Virus record (IMG/VR): IMGVR_UViG_3300032323_000841
Location: 1 to 55,509 of that record
Source: a virus
Lineage: Duplodnaviria; Caudoviricetes
Length of the DNA: 55,509 nucleotides
Reading direction: 5' to 3' (one strand)
Shown here: positions 25,964 to 34,160 of the stretch, piece after piece
How positions within the stretch are numbered: the stretch's first letter is position 1
Layout: every line of letters begins with the position of its first letter
Made by a program: the position numbers and the translations under genes
The notes under the pieces: generated by a model
Database searches by the model: none
Seen by the model: the letters and a program-made list of their open reading frames with translations, nothing else
Told to the model about the DNA's origin: nothing

Positions 25964-26626
25964 TTAAGCAATGTTGAACTTCTTCTTCACTTCATTTTCC
26001 CGGTCACTCGGGACTACTTGGAATAGGCCAAACCCGCAGCCAGCCGAGGCCTTGCTGTCAGGACGACCTGCTCCAATTCCTACTTGCATCCCGCAGCGAG
26101 ACACAAGGTTAAGCACATCCACCGTTTTAAATTGATCGGTGTCATAACGCACCCGCAGCTTTGCAGCCCAGCTACGGTACATAGGACGTGAGCGCACATC
26201 AACAACACCCGTAGCGTTGCGGGTATGCGCTGTGTATGTGTGGCTTTCGCCGTAGACACGAACCAAGGGAACCCCATCGTTCTTGTCAAACCCATCGGCT
26301 TCAATGAACGTGGACAGCTTGGCAAGGGTCATCTTGAACCCAACCAGTCGGCAGGCGCTGATCATTGCTGCGCGGAATGCTGCGGCATTCATGCCTTCCC
26401 ATCCCTCTGCGCTGCGATAGCGGGCTTCTTCGGCCTCTCTCTCGTAGTCCCGCGCATCGCGGACCTTCTTGCTGTTGGAACTCTTGCCCTCCGCCATCTT
26501 CGCCATCAGTTCGGCTTTCTTACTGAAGCGCTCTACCACCAGCGGGGCAGTGCCTTCAATGTAGAAGTCAGTCATGCTGAACTTCGGGGGGCTGATTACA
26601 CAGGTTTCTTCTTTAACAGTCATCAT
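25964..26626 (-). CDS. Stand-alone RAMP superfamily (Cas7-like) protein
   Basis: 220 aa; FYIEGTAPLVV first strand, MNAAAFRAAM helix, RSRP..WAAKLRVRYD, Gly-rich loop GMQVGIGAGRP..GCGFGLFQV. Confidence 0.75.
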   Translation of the reverse strand: MMTVKEETCVISPPKFSMTDFYIEGTAPLVVERFSKKAELMAKMAEGKSSNSKKVRDARDYEREAEEARYRSAEGWEGMNAAAFRAAMISACRLVGFKMTLAKLSTFIEADGFDKNDGVPLVRVYGESHTYTAHTRNATGVVDVRSRPMYRSWAAKLRVRYDTDQFKTVDVLNLVSRCGMQVGIGAGRPDSKASAGCGFGLFQVVPSDRENEVKKKFNIA

Positions 26627-26644
26627 TTTTCTCCGTTTAAATGT

Positions 26645-26980
26645 TTATAGTTGCTTACCACTCGGCGTTGCCGCGCACGGCCACACACTCTTGAGCACAT
26701 GCGACACGATCTGCTGTGCAGGCAGATGGCGTATCGCTGGCGTGTTCTCTAGATAGTTTCTCACCATGTCCCGAATCTGCCCCGCTGTAATGTTTGCTGG
26801 CGGGCAGTGCGTGACGTTCAACAAGGCATCAGCCACACCAGTGATGTAGCCCATCCCGATGGCAGGAAGGACGTTGGTGCCGCTGTTGTTGTTCAACTCG
26901 GACAGCAGCTTGTTGCCGTCCTTGAAGTAGGCATTGGCAGAGCCAGCCACAAGGGCGAGACACAGGAGAAGGTGTTTCAC
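26645..26980 (-). CDS. Secreted Rap1a-like immunity protein
   Basis: Signal peptide KHLLLCLALVAGSANA; GNKLL, GYITGVAD, CPP..TAGQ, YLENTP..RH, terminal WPC. Confidence 0.7.
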   Translation of the reverse strand: MKHLLLCLALVAGSANAYFKDGNKLLSELNNNSGTNVLPAIGMGYITGVADALLNVTHCPPANITAGQIRDMVRNYLENTPAIRHLPAQQIVSHVLKSVWPCAATPSGKQL

Positions 26981-27168
26981 TTTACCCTCCGCATCGGCTC
27001 CCACCCTGCGTCAGGGATGCGCTCCGGGGGAGGAGGTGTCATCGTTGCACTGGGCGGCACCCAACCAAACCTTCTCCATGTGGCTTGCACATCCGCGCCA
27101 CGCTGGTAGCTGAACTTCACGTCAGTTACGCGGGTGGTCGGTTCTACTCGGGTCTGTTCACGTTTCAT
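26977..27168 (-). CDS. Hypothetical protein
   Basis: 63 aa; DVQATWRRFGWVPPS; coupled. Confidence 0.6.
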   Translation of the reverse strand: MKREQTRVEPTTRVTDVKFSYQRGADVQATWRRFGWVPPSATMTPPPPERIPDAGWEPMRRVK

Positions 27169-27491
27169 TTAAATGTCTCCTGAGTTGCTTTCAGTACACG
27201 TTGACTGCGCCCCGATCTGCCGGGCCGACGCAGGCCGGTATCTTCTATGAATCCCTTGTCCAGCAATGCACGGTAACGCGCAGTGATTGATGAGTACGGG
27301 TAGTTCGGGAACAGCGCACGAACTTCATCACTGATGCAACCGTCGGGGAACTTCTTGATGGCCTCATAAACAAGGCTCTCAAGGTTTGTAGTATCCACCA
27401 GATGCGCAGCCTCATGGCTTGTGTCCGGTGAATCTGACCGCACAAGGTGGCGTGGATTTGTGCCAAATATTTTCATGAACGTTTCTTTCAT
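27165..27491 (-). CDS. Winged-helix-like protein
   Basis: RSDSPDTSHEAA; SSITARYRALLDKGFIEDTG..GRSGRSQ. Confidence 0.65.
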   Translation of the reverse strand: MKETFMKIFGTNPRHLVRSDSPDTSHEAAHLVDTTNLESLVYEAIKKFPDGCISDEVRALFPNYPYSSITARYRALLDKGFIEDTGLRRPGRSGRSQRVLKATQETFK

Positions 27492-27700
27492 TCATCCATC
27501 TCCTTGCTGAAATTCGGGTTCTTCTCGGTAATCCAGAAAGACTGATCGTTTAAAAGCATGCCCTTTGCTTGCATCTCTTCTCTGGTTCTGCATCGGCGGT
27601 CCACACCAAACTTGCCGACACGGTGCATTTCAAAGGCGCTGTTGCTGTTAAAGTATTCCTTACAGGACTGGCATTGGTTTCTCTGTCCCCGCAGCTTCAT
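27488..27700 (-). CDS. Zn-finger protein
   Basis: CQSC..FNS..AFEMHR..RRC. Confidence 0.65.
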   Translation of the reverse strand: MKLRGQRNQCQSCKEYFNSNSAFEMHRVGKFGVDRRCRTREEMQAKGMLLNDQSFWITEKNPNFSKEMDE

Positions 27701-27995
27701 GTTCTAGATCCTTGATTTGATGCTTGACCACCTCTTCCTCTACAAGCTCTGCAAACGAACGTCCCGAGGGGAAGCGCATCTGCGAGGCTTGGATGCCTGC
27801 GACCGCATGGATTGCTTTCTGTAGGCCATCGTTAAAGCCGGTGTTGTAGGGGTTGCCATCACTGAGCCGCGCAGTCACGGCTTCCCGGATGATCTGTGCC
27901 ATGGGCAGCTTCATCTTCTTTGCTGCCTTCTTCAGACGCAGGATGTCCTGACTGCTCAGGTACGTCATGAATGGTTTGTAGTTTCCGCCTGTCAT
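27660..27995 (-). CDS. Ribbon-helix-helix-like regulator
   Basis: KPFMTYLS..LKKAA..MAQIIREAV. Confidence 0.55.
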   Translation of the reverse strand: MTGGNYKPFMTYLSSQDILRLKKAAKKMKLPMAQIIREAVTARLSDGNPYNTGFNDGLQKAIHAVAGIQASQMRFPSGRSFAELVEEEVVKHQIKDLEHEAAGTEKPMPVL

Positions 27996-28004
27996 TGTTG
28001 TTCC

Positions 28005-28400
28005 TCAGAATGGGTCATCTGGATACCTCAAGCTCTCATACTCTTTGACCAAGTTATCGAAGATGGTCTTGGCCTGAGCGTTCCCGTGTAGCTCAGTGCG
28101 AGACTCGATGCCGCACCGTTTACACAGCTCTGCGGCGGCCTCGTCCTCTGAGTTCACCTCCAAGAAATCTTGGAAGTGGTCGTTGCGGCACAGCATCCCG
28201 GCCTTCTTGACCCGGTTGGTGTACTCGGTGGGTGACTCGTCATCTTGGATGCGAACCAAGGCGCAGGCATACCGCGCCCCCACGAAGTCCCGGATCAGCT
28301 CCTCCGGGATCTCATCTGGATGCATGGATAGCGTCAAGATAAAACCTGTGCGGTCTTGCTTGAGCGCTACCTTGCGGGCTTCAAACTGAAGCGCCATCAC
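28005..28400 (-). CDS. Hypothetical protein
   Basis: 131 aa in operon; CGIESRTEL. Confidence 0.7.
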   Translation of the reverse strand: MMALQFEARKVALKQDRTGFILTLSMHPDEIPEELIRDFVGARYACALVRIQDDESPTEYTNRVKKAGMLCRNDHFQDFLEVNSEDEAAAELCKRCGIESRTELHGNAQAKTIFDNLVKEYESLRYPDDPF

Positions 28401-28729
28401 GCAGCCTTCCGGATGCCAGCGGCAGTCTCAAGGTAAGCAATGATCGCCTTTAAACGTTCATTCTCTGCCGTAAGATTGGCCAGCTTGTAACGCAGCTCGA
28501 CCTCGGTGTCCGTCTTCGGTTGGATAGTCTTGACGGGCACAACCTTCGCGATCTTCTTGTGGAAACGCTTCTGAGCACGGGGCAGCATCTTGTGACGGCG
28601 CAAGCTTTCCTTGGCGTCATAGACCTTCTGAACGTGAACTTCAAACACCTTGGCGATGTCCGAGCACTTGTCGTTCGGGAACTCGATCAGGTGGGCTTTG
28701 ATCTTCTGCATTTTGTTTTCAGTTGTCAT
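28397..28729 (-). CDS. HTH/coiled-coil protein
   Basis: CSDIAKVFEV HTH-like start, C-terminal coiled coil; GGAG RBS. Confidence 0.6.
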   Translation of the reverse strand: MTTENKMQKIKAHLIEFPNDKCSDIAKVFEVHVQKVYDAKESLRRHKMLPRAQKRFHKKIAKVVPVKTIQPKTDTEVELRYKLANLTAENERLKAIIAYLETAAGIRKAA

Positions 28730-28740
28730 CTCTGTTCTCC

Positions 28741-29028
28741 TTAAAAAGGGATGTCGCTGTCATCTTCCTGATGGTTCTGGCGCTCGGGGCTGACCTTGCC
28801 ATCGGGGACGTAGCGGTTTACGCTGATAGACAGGAACGTCTTGCCGCTCTTGTCGGTCTTCTTCCAACCACTGAGCTTGACAATCGTCAGGCCATCTTCC
28901 GTGTGGATGTTGGTCAGATCCTTCAGGTTGATGGCGATGTCACCCCAGTAGTCAGGACTCTTCTGCCCCTTCTTGGATGCCACGGCCCGCAGGGAGCCAG
29001 AGTCGGGGTACTTTTTGTATTCAGTCAT
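28741..29028 (-). CDS. Putative ssDNA-binding protein
   Basis: KSPDYWG..LSGWKK..FLSIS with acidic DDSDIPF tail; follows the annealing protein. Confidence 0.7.
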   Translation of the reverse strand: MTEYKKYPDSGSLRAVASKKGQKSPDYWGDIAINLKDLTNIHTEDGLTIVKLSGWKKTDKSGKTFLSISVNRYVPDGKVSPERQNHQEDDSDIPF

Positions 29029-29675
29029 TCTGCTTTCTCCATAAATTGCTTCTTCAGTTCCGAGAAGCGTTTGATAACCTGAGCGTAGCGCTCAGGGCTT
29101 TGTACCTTCAGGTCATCCAGTTGTTTCTGGTTGGCCTTCCAGTACGAATTTAAACCGTCCACCGTGGAGCAGGTGTTGGTGTACTCAAGGATTGAGTCGG
29201 TGAACAGTTGCAGGTCTTCTTCAGATTTCTGCGGGACTTGCTTTGCCGGCGGCTTAGTCTTGGCTACAGGCTTTTCTTCCGGTTCCTCACCTTCTGGCAG
29301 GTCTTCTCCTGCGTAGATGTACAAACCCAGACCGTGCAGGCTCAGAGCCTTGGTCATGCAGCGCATGATCGCGGTGTTGACTTGGAATGCGTCCGGGCTG
29401 GGGATCGCCTTGTTGCGGTGATCCATCACGGGAAGCATGCAAGTGCGGGGTGTTCCAAACAAAGTAACCGTCACCCAGACCATGGCCGTGCCATTGATGG
29501 TCATGTAGGGCAGATCGGTGTACGGATCATGTTTAAATGTCTTGACCTCGAAGTTGGCGTTGGCATCCATCTTCAGAGCCTCTGCCCATGCCCATGCCCA
29601 TGACAGGTAGGTCAGGTTCTGCTTCTTCTCCGTGTGGTCGTTGACGTTGATCTTCAGGATATCTGCGGGGGTCAT
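29025..29675 (-). CDS. Single-strand annealing protein (Sak3/DUF1071-like)
   Basis: LTYLSWAWAW, LPVMDHRN, NTAIMRCMTKA, GLGLYIYAGEDLP. Confidence 0.85.
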   Translation of the reverse strand: MTPADILKINVNDHTEKKQNLTYLSWAWAWAEALKMDANANFEVKTFKHDPYTDLPYMTINGTAMVWVTVTLFGTPRTCMLPVMDHRNKAIPSPDAFQVNTAIMRCMTKALSLHGLGLYIYAGEDLPEGEEPEEKPVAKTKPPAKQVPQKSEEDLQLFTDSILEYTNTCSTVDGLNSYWKANQKQLDDLKVQSPERYAQVIKRFSELKKQFMEKAE

Positions 29676-30553
29676 GCTGTTTTCTCCATGTTACGAATCT
29701 CAGACTCTTGTTTGAACTGCTCGCACCACTGGGCTACGCCACAGTAGTTGCCGACGCAGCGACGGGGTTCTCCGGGCCGTGTCTCCACATAGCCCTTCTC
29801 TTTCTCTGCTAACTCGGTTGCTTCCTCCAGTGTTTTGAAGACCCGGATGGCGGTCTTCCTGCCTTCGCGCTTGACCGCGTAGCTGGTCTCAGAGGACCAC
29901 TGTTCCTCGGCGGTGCAGGCGGGTAGCTCCTCCCCGAAGTCTGCGGACACCTTGGCGTTGCGGTGCATCTCCAGACGCTCCCGCACGTAGGTCTCGGTCT
30001 TGACCGAATCCCACATGGGAATGTCCACCATGTGAATAGGGGCATTTGGGTAGCCGGGCTTGGTCTCATGGCGGTTGAAGTCACGCACCAGAGCGCAGAT
30101 GCGAAGGCCGCAGACCTTCTCCCGCTTGACCGTCTCCACGAGCCACTTGTAGACGTTCAGTTGCTGCTCCCACTCAATCTTGTCCTGCATCACTGCCCAC
30201 GCAGAGGTGAACTTGTAGTCGGTGATCACGATGCCTGCGGGGGTGGATTCCTGTAGGTCAATGGCCCCGCTCACGAGGACATCATCAATCTCCACGAACA
30301 GGCGTTCTTCAGAGAGGAAGCCGGGGGTCTTGCCCCGCTCCATCACCACATGCAGGGCAGATCCCAGCATAGACCACAGCATGTCAGACACATCCTGCTG
30401 GATGTCATCGTTGTACTGTTCGCGCAACCTTCTGATTTTCGGGGGGGACATCAGCTCAGTCACGCTGTACTGAGCCTCGCCCTTGCTGTAGTATTCCCGT
30501 GTTGCCAGTGTCACTAGAGGAGCTGGCACTCCATGCTTGTTCGTGATTTTCAT
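29672..30553 (-). CDS. PD-(D/E)XK exonuclease
   Basis: GSALH, SEERL, SGAIDL, DYKFT, QLNVY, C-terminal cysteines. Confidence 0.8.
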   Translation of the reverse strand: MKITNKHGVPAPLVTLATREYYSKGEAQYSVTELMSPPKIRRLREQYNDDIQQDVSDMLWSMLGSALHVVMERGKTPGFLSEERLFVEIDDVLVSGAIDLQESTPAGIVITDYKFTSAWAVMQDKIEWEQQLNVYKWLVETVKREKVCGLRICALVRDFNRHETKPGYPNAPIHMVDIPMWDSVKTETYVRERLEMHRNAKVSADFGEELPACTAEEQWSSETSYAVKREGRKTAIRVFKTLEEATELAEKEKGYVETRPGEPRRCVGNYCGVAQWCEQFKQESEIRNMEKTA

Positions 30554-30573
30554 GTGGTTCCTTTGGAGGTTCT

Positions 30574-30975
30574 GTGGCTGATGAATCGAATACTAGTGCT
30601 TGTTCCGAAGAATTGCAAGCCCTATCGTTAAAAATATTTGGAGAGCCTGCATCGAAGGCCAACAGCCGCAAGATCGCCCGCATCGGGAACATCTCCCGGC
30701 TCATCAAATCCAAGAAGGCGCTGAACTACAGCGATGCGTTTAAAGCGCAGTGCACGCCCATCTCCCCGCTGATGTCCGGGGATGTGCGTATAACCATGCG
30801 CATCTTCTATGCGTCCCGCAGGCCTGACCTAGATGAATCGTTGATCCTAGACTTGCTACAGGACGTGGCATACGTCAACGACAGGCAGGTCAAGGAGAAG
30901 CACATCTACTGGGGGCTGGATAAAGACAACCCACGGACGGAAATGCTCATAGAACAGATCCCCAAGGTCGTATAA
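30574..30975 (+). CDS. rusA: RusA-like Holliday junction resolvase (start uncertain)
   Basis: GEPASKAN, RRPDLD, LDLLQ, NDRQV, NPRTE. Confidence 0.8.
   Translation: MADESNTSACSEELQALSLKIFGEPASKANSRKIARIGNISRLIKSKKALNYSDAFKAQCTPISPLMSGDVRITMRIFYASRRPDLDESLILDLLQDVAYVNDRQVKEKHIYWGLDKDNPRTEMLIEQIPKVV
30590..30618 (-). promoter_or_regulatory. Sigma70-like promoter of the leftward recombination/RAMP operon
   Basis: TTGCAA-N17-TAGTAT on the minus strand, 37 bp before ATG 30553. Confidence 0.55.
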
Positions 30976-31052
30976 GGCCCTAGAATTGACCTGCGCCTAC
31001 TCTCCAAGGCGTCGCCCCTTCCGTGGTTCGGGGCGTGCAGTTGTCATCCTTC

Positions 31053-31079
31053 AGCCCCGCCTAGTGCGGGGCTTTTTTT
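31053..31079 (+). terminator. Intrinsic terminator
   Basis: AGCCCCGC-ctagt-GCGGGGCT followed by T tract. Confidence 0.85.
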
Positions 31080-31172
31080 CTGAGGCTCACCAGATGAGCC
31101 TGCGTTTAAATTGAAACGGCAGGTAAAGGCAGGCGCCTCCCTGCTTTGCACATTTAAACGTAAAGCTGGCGC

Positions 31173-31229
31173 TTGACTTCACGATTCAAATTTGTTAACC
31201 TCGCGGTTCGTTAGCGAGGTTAACAAATT
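31173..31229 (+). promoter_or_regulatory. Promoter overlapped by a perfect 16-bp inverted repeat
   Basis: TTGACT-N17-TAACCT with extended TG; AATTTGTTAACCTCGC-N9-GCGAGGTTAACAAATT at 31189-31229. Confidence 0.6.
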
Positions 31230-31269
31230 ACCGAAGAAAGTTCTAGGTAGTTGTCCTTGCAAAAAGTTG

Positions 31270-31299
31270 TTGACACGCTCTGATTTGCTGCGATATAGT
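31270..31299 (+). promoter_or_regulatory. Sigma70-like promoter
   Basis: TTGACA-N18-TATAGT with upstream A tract. Confidence 0.65.
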
Positions 31300-31307
31300 C
31301 GCGGCAC

Positions 31308-31427
31308 GTTGGAGGTGAGATTCCAACAAGCGAGCCGTTAGATCAGACCACCGGCCCCGTAATTGGGGCGTCACTCTTCCACAAAAAGAGTGGTTTCTCA
31401 CCCGGGGTCTGTTCTAACGGCTTTTTT
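31308..31427 (+). ncRNA. C4/CI-like structured antisense RNA candidate
   Basis: Outer stem AGCCGTTAGA/TCTAACGGCT plus T tract, CAGACC/GGTCTG, two inner hairpins; TCTCACC is complementary to upstream loop GGTGAGA. Confidence 0.55.
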
Positions 31428-31446
31428 GTTTTCTCATTCCCCTTCG

Positions 31447-31660
31447 TCGGACTCCATCCGATAGCAAGAGGTACAGCCTGCCTGCGTGGAAGCAAAGGGC
31501 TACACGGTATGACTTCGGTCTAGGGGGCAGTTCCCGAATAATCCGTGGGGCTGGTCGTAGCTGTAAGCCTAGGGGTTGAGGCAACTCAACATACAGCAGC
31601 CGCAAGGCGGGTGAACCTCCCCTCTCTACTCCTTGTGGGGTAGGGGGGTCTATGGGGTGA
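31447..31660 (+). ncRNA. Multi-stem structured RNA candidate
   Basis: GAC-TTCG-GTC, GTTGAG-GCAA-CTCAAC and GCC-GCAA-GGC tetraloop hairpins with enclosing stems. Confidence 0.45.
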
Positions 31661-31791
31661 ACAATAATGAATTCCCTGCCAAGGGATTACAGGGATCTAT
31701 AAACGGGGGAAACATCTAGGCGATTAGGCGCAGATCACGCCGAGCCAACCGGCTGGTTCAACAATCCTAGGTATGAACACAGCGGAGTTAG

Positions 31792-31998
31792 ATGGAGTAC
31801 CCCACCATCATGGAGAACAAATTGGAAAAACAACAAGAGCTTGATGTGACTGAACCGCAACCACTGTCGTACCCGTTTAAATTCACGATCCAACTTGAAG
31901 CTCAGGATCAGACTGTAGAAATCTCTGGGCGTTTGAGTGAGAATGCCAAGAACGAATTGATCAAGATGATCTTGGAGGCCCGCAGTGTACAAACGTGA
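31792..31998 (+). CDS. Hypothetical protein
   Basis: 68 aa; GGAG RBS; overlaps HNH start. Confidence 0.5.
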   Translation: MEYPTIMENKLEKQQELDVTEPQPLSYPFKFTIQLEAQDQTVEISGRLSENAKNELIKMILEARSVQT

Positions 31999-32239
31999 TT
32001 ACAAGCAGGAATACGCAACCACCAATGGCACGCAAGAGGCCAAGAAGAAGCGGGCGCAGAACAACAAAGCCAGACGCATGCTCATGCGTGAAGGTCTGGT
32101 GCACAAGGGAGACGGCAAGGACGTTGACCACAAGACCCCTCTGAGCAAGGGTGGCACAACCGCCCGCAGCAACCTGCGTGTGAAGCCTGCGTCTGACAAT
32201 CGCAGCTATCCCCGCAAATCATCCGGGGCAATGAAGTGA
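31985..32239 (+). CDS. Small HNH endonuclease
   Basis: DVDHKTPLSKGG..SNLRV..NRS; GGAGG RBS. Confidence 0.8.
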   Translation: MYKRDYKQEYATTNGTQEAKKKRAQNNKARRMLMREGLVHKGDGKDVDHKTPLSKGGTTARSNLRVKPASDNRSYPRKSSGAMK

Positions 32240-33924
32240 GCCTTGATGTCTCTCAGTACTACTTCAACGATACGACACGCATAGCCTGTCCGTTCTGCAC
32301 TTCGGAACGCAAGCATCAAAACAAGAAAGACATGACGCTGACGCGCAAGAGCGACGGCGCAGTTGTCTATCACTGCCATCACTGCTTTGCGTCTGGGTCT
32401 GTGCAGCCGCAAAAGAACGAGGAGTTTAAATTGTCAGCCGTCCCACAGCCCACAATCCTTAACAACAAACTGGAGACGAGCCACTACGAGTTCTTGACCT
32501 CGCGTGGCATCTCCAAAGAGACAGCAGACAAGATGAAAGTCTTTGCTGCGAACAAGTTCTTCTCCCGTCTCGGTAAGGCAACCGACGCAGTTGGTTTCCC
32601 CTACTACCGCAACGGTGTCCTGATCTCTGCCAAGTATCGAAGCATCGAAGGCAAGGACTTTACCCAAGAATCTGGAGGGGCGCATGACTTCTTCGGCCTT
32701 GAACATGTGACGCAGGGTGAGCCTCTGGTCATTGTCGAAGGTGAACTAGATTGTCTGTCTGCGGTCGAGGCAGGCATTGCAAACGTGGTCAGTGTTCCCT
32801 CTGGCGCTCCGATGAAGGTCGCAGATGGAAAGGTTCTCGCATCAGAAGACAAGAAGTTTTCTTATGTCTGGAACGCAAGAGAGATCATCGACGCAGCCCC
32901 CTACGTCATCCTCGCCACAGATCAAGACGTACCCGGCCAAGCACTAGCAGAGGAATTAGCCCGCAGGATCGGCAAGGAGAAGTGCCGGATCGCCAAGTTC
33001 AACAATAAAGATTTAAATGAAGTACTCGTTAGCAGTGATCTCCCTTCTCGAACAATCAAAGAAATACTGGACGCTGCCACTCCCTACCCCATCTCGGGCC
33101 TGTCCGATGCCTCCACCTACGCAGACAAGATCGCAGACCTATACAGCAAGGGGACAGGCAAAGGGTTCAGCACAGGCTACACATCCCTAGATCAGATTTA
33201 CACGGTAGCGCCCGCCCAGCTCACTGTCGTAACCGGTTACCCCTCTTCGGGTAAATCCAACTTCCTCGACCAAGTCATGGTCAACCTCGGGCGTGACGCA
33301 GATTGGAAGTTTGCGATCTGCTCGTTCGAGAATCAACCGGAGATCCATATCTCCCGCCTCATGGAGATCTATACGAGAAAGCGATTCTTCGAGGGTCGGG
33401 ACCGGATGACGGACCAAGAGAGACAAGAAGCGTTTAAATGGGTCAATGAACACTTCCTCTTCATCGACACTAACGGCGAGGAACCCAGCACGTTAGATTC
33501 AATTCTGGAGCGTGCAAAGGTGGCGGTTAAGCGTATGGGTGTGCGGGGCCTTGTGATTGACCCGTACAATTACATCGAACTAGACCGGAAAGAAACGACA
33601 GAGACCGATGCGATCTCTCAGATGCTGACCCGGGTGCAGAAGTTCTGCAAGGCGTATGACGTACACACATGGTTCATTGCCCACCCCTCTAAGATCAATC
33701 GCTCGGGGGTAGAACAACCTAGACCCGACGGCATGAGCATCAGCGGGTCGATGGCGTGGTGGGCTAAGACCGACTGCGGTATCACGGTCCACAGGAAAGA
33801 AGGCCCGGTAGTCGAGATCGCGGTATGGAAGTCCCGCTATCGGTGGGTCGGAACACAGGGGGAGACGACCCTTCTCTACAATAAAACGTCGGGGACGTAC
33901 TCAGAGAATCTGGATCAGTTCTAA
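32236..33924 (+). CDS. DNA primase-helicase (T7 gp4/Twinkle-like)
   Basis: Zn finger CPFC..CHHC; TOPRIM VEGELD and ATDQD; Walker A TGYPSSGKS; LVIDPYN; IAHP. Confidence 0.92.
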   Translation: MSLDVSQYYFNDTTRIACPFCTSERKHQNKKDMTLTRKSDGAVVYHCHHCFASGSVQPQKNEEFKLSAVPQPTILNNKLETSHYEFLTSRGISKETADKMKVFAANKFFSRLGKATDAVGFPYYRNGVLISAKYRSIEGKDFTQESGGAHDFFGLEHVTQGEPLVIVEGELDCLSAVEAGIANVVSVPSGAPMKVADGKVLASEDKKFSYVWNAREIIDAAPYVILATDQDVPGQALAEELARRIGKEKCRIAKFNNKDLNEVLVSSDLPSRTIKEILDAATPYPISGLSDASTYADKIADLYSKGTGKGFSTGYTSLDQIYTVAPAQLTVVTGYPSSGKSNFLDQVMVNLGRDADWKFAICSFENQPEIHISRLMEIYTRKRFFEGRDRMTDQERQEAFKWVNEHFLFIDTNGEEPSTLDSILERAKVAVKRMGVRGLVIDPYNYIELDRKETTETDAISQMLTRVQKFCKAYDVHTWFIAHPSKINRSGVEQPRPDGMSISGSMAWWAKTDCGITVHRKEGPVVEIAVWKSRYRWVGTQGETTLLYNKTSGTYSENLDQF

Positions 33925-33926
33925 AG

Positions 33927-33949
33927 AAAAAGGGGGCCATCGGCCCCCT
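33927..33949 (-). terminator. Intrinsic terminator between convergent genes
   Basis: AGGGGGCC-atc-GGCCCCCT with A tract on the left. Confidence 0.75.
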
Positions 33950-33950
33950 C

Positions 33951-34160
33951 TTAGTTTCTAGCAGCAGCGACAGCGTCGAGCAGTGCTTTGTAGTTCCCGC
34001 GCCTTAGCATGCCGTCCTTCTTCTTTATGAACACACACCACCACACGCCTACGCGTTCGATGTAAATCGTTCCGGGCTTGATGTTGTTTCTGATGGCTGG
34101 TTCGAGCAGGTTTGCGTACTTGGGGTCAAAGTCCCCGACGGCCTTTATTTTTGGGTACAT
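33951..34160 (-). CDS. Hypothetical protein
   Basis: 69 aa; AGAGG RBS; ends at terminator. Confidence 0.6.
   Translation of the reverse strand: MYPKIKAVGDFDPKYANLLEPAIRNNIKPGTIYIERVGVWWCVFIKKKDGMLRRGNYKALLDAVAAARN

Noticed and set aside
29672-30553. Exonuclease as a Cas4-type adaptation partner of the array
   Set aside because: It is coupled to the annealing protein and SSB-like gene, an ordinary phage recombination module 3 kb from the array
30976-31790. tRNA genes in the long intergenic region
   Set aside because: The stems lack recognisable D-loop, T-loop and anticodon-arm geometry
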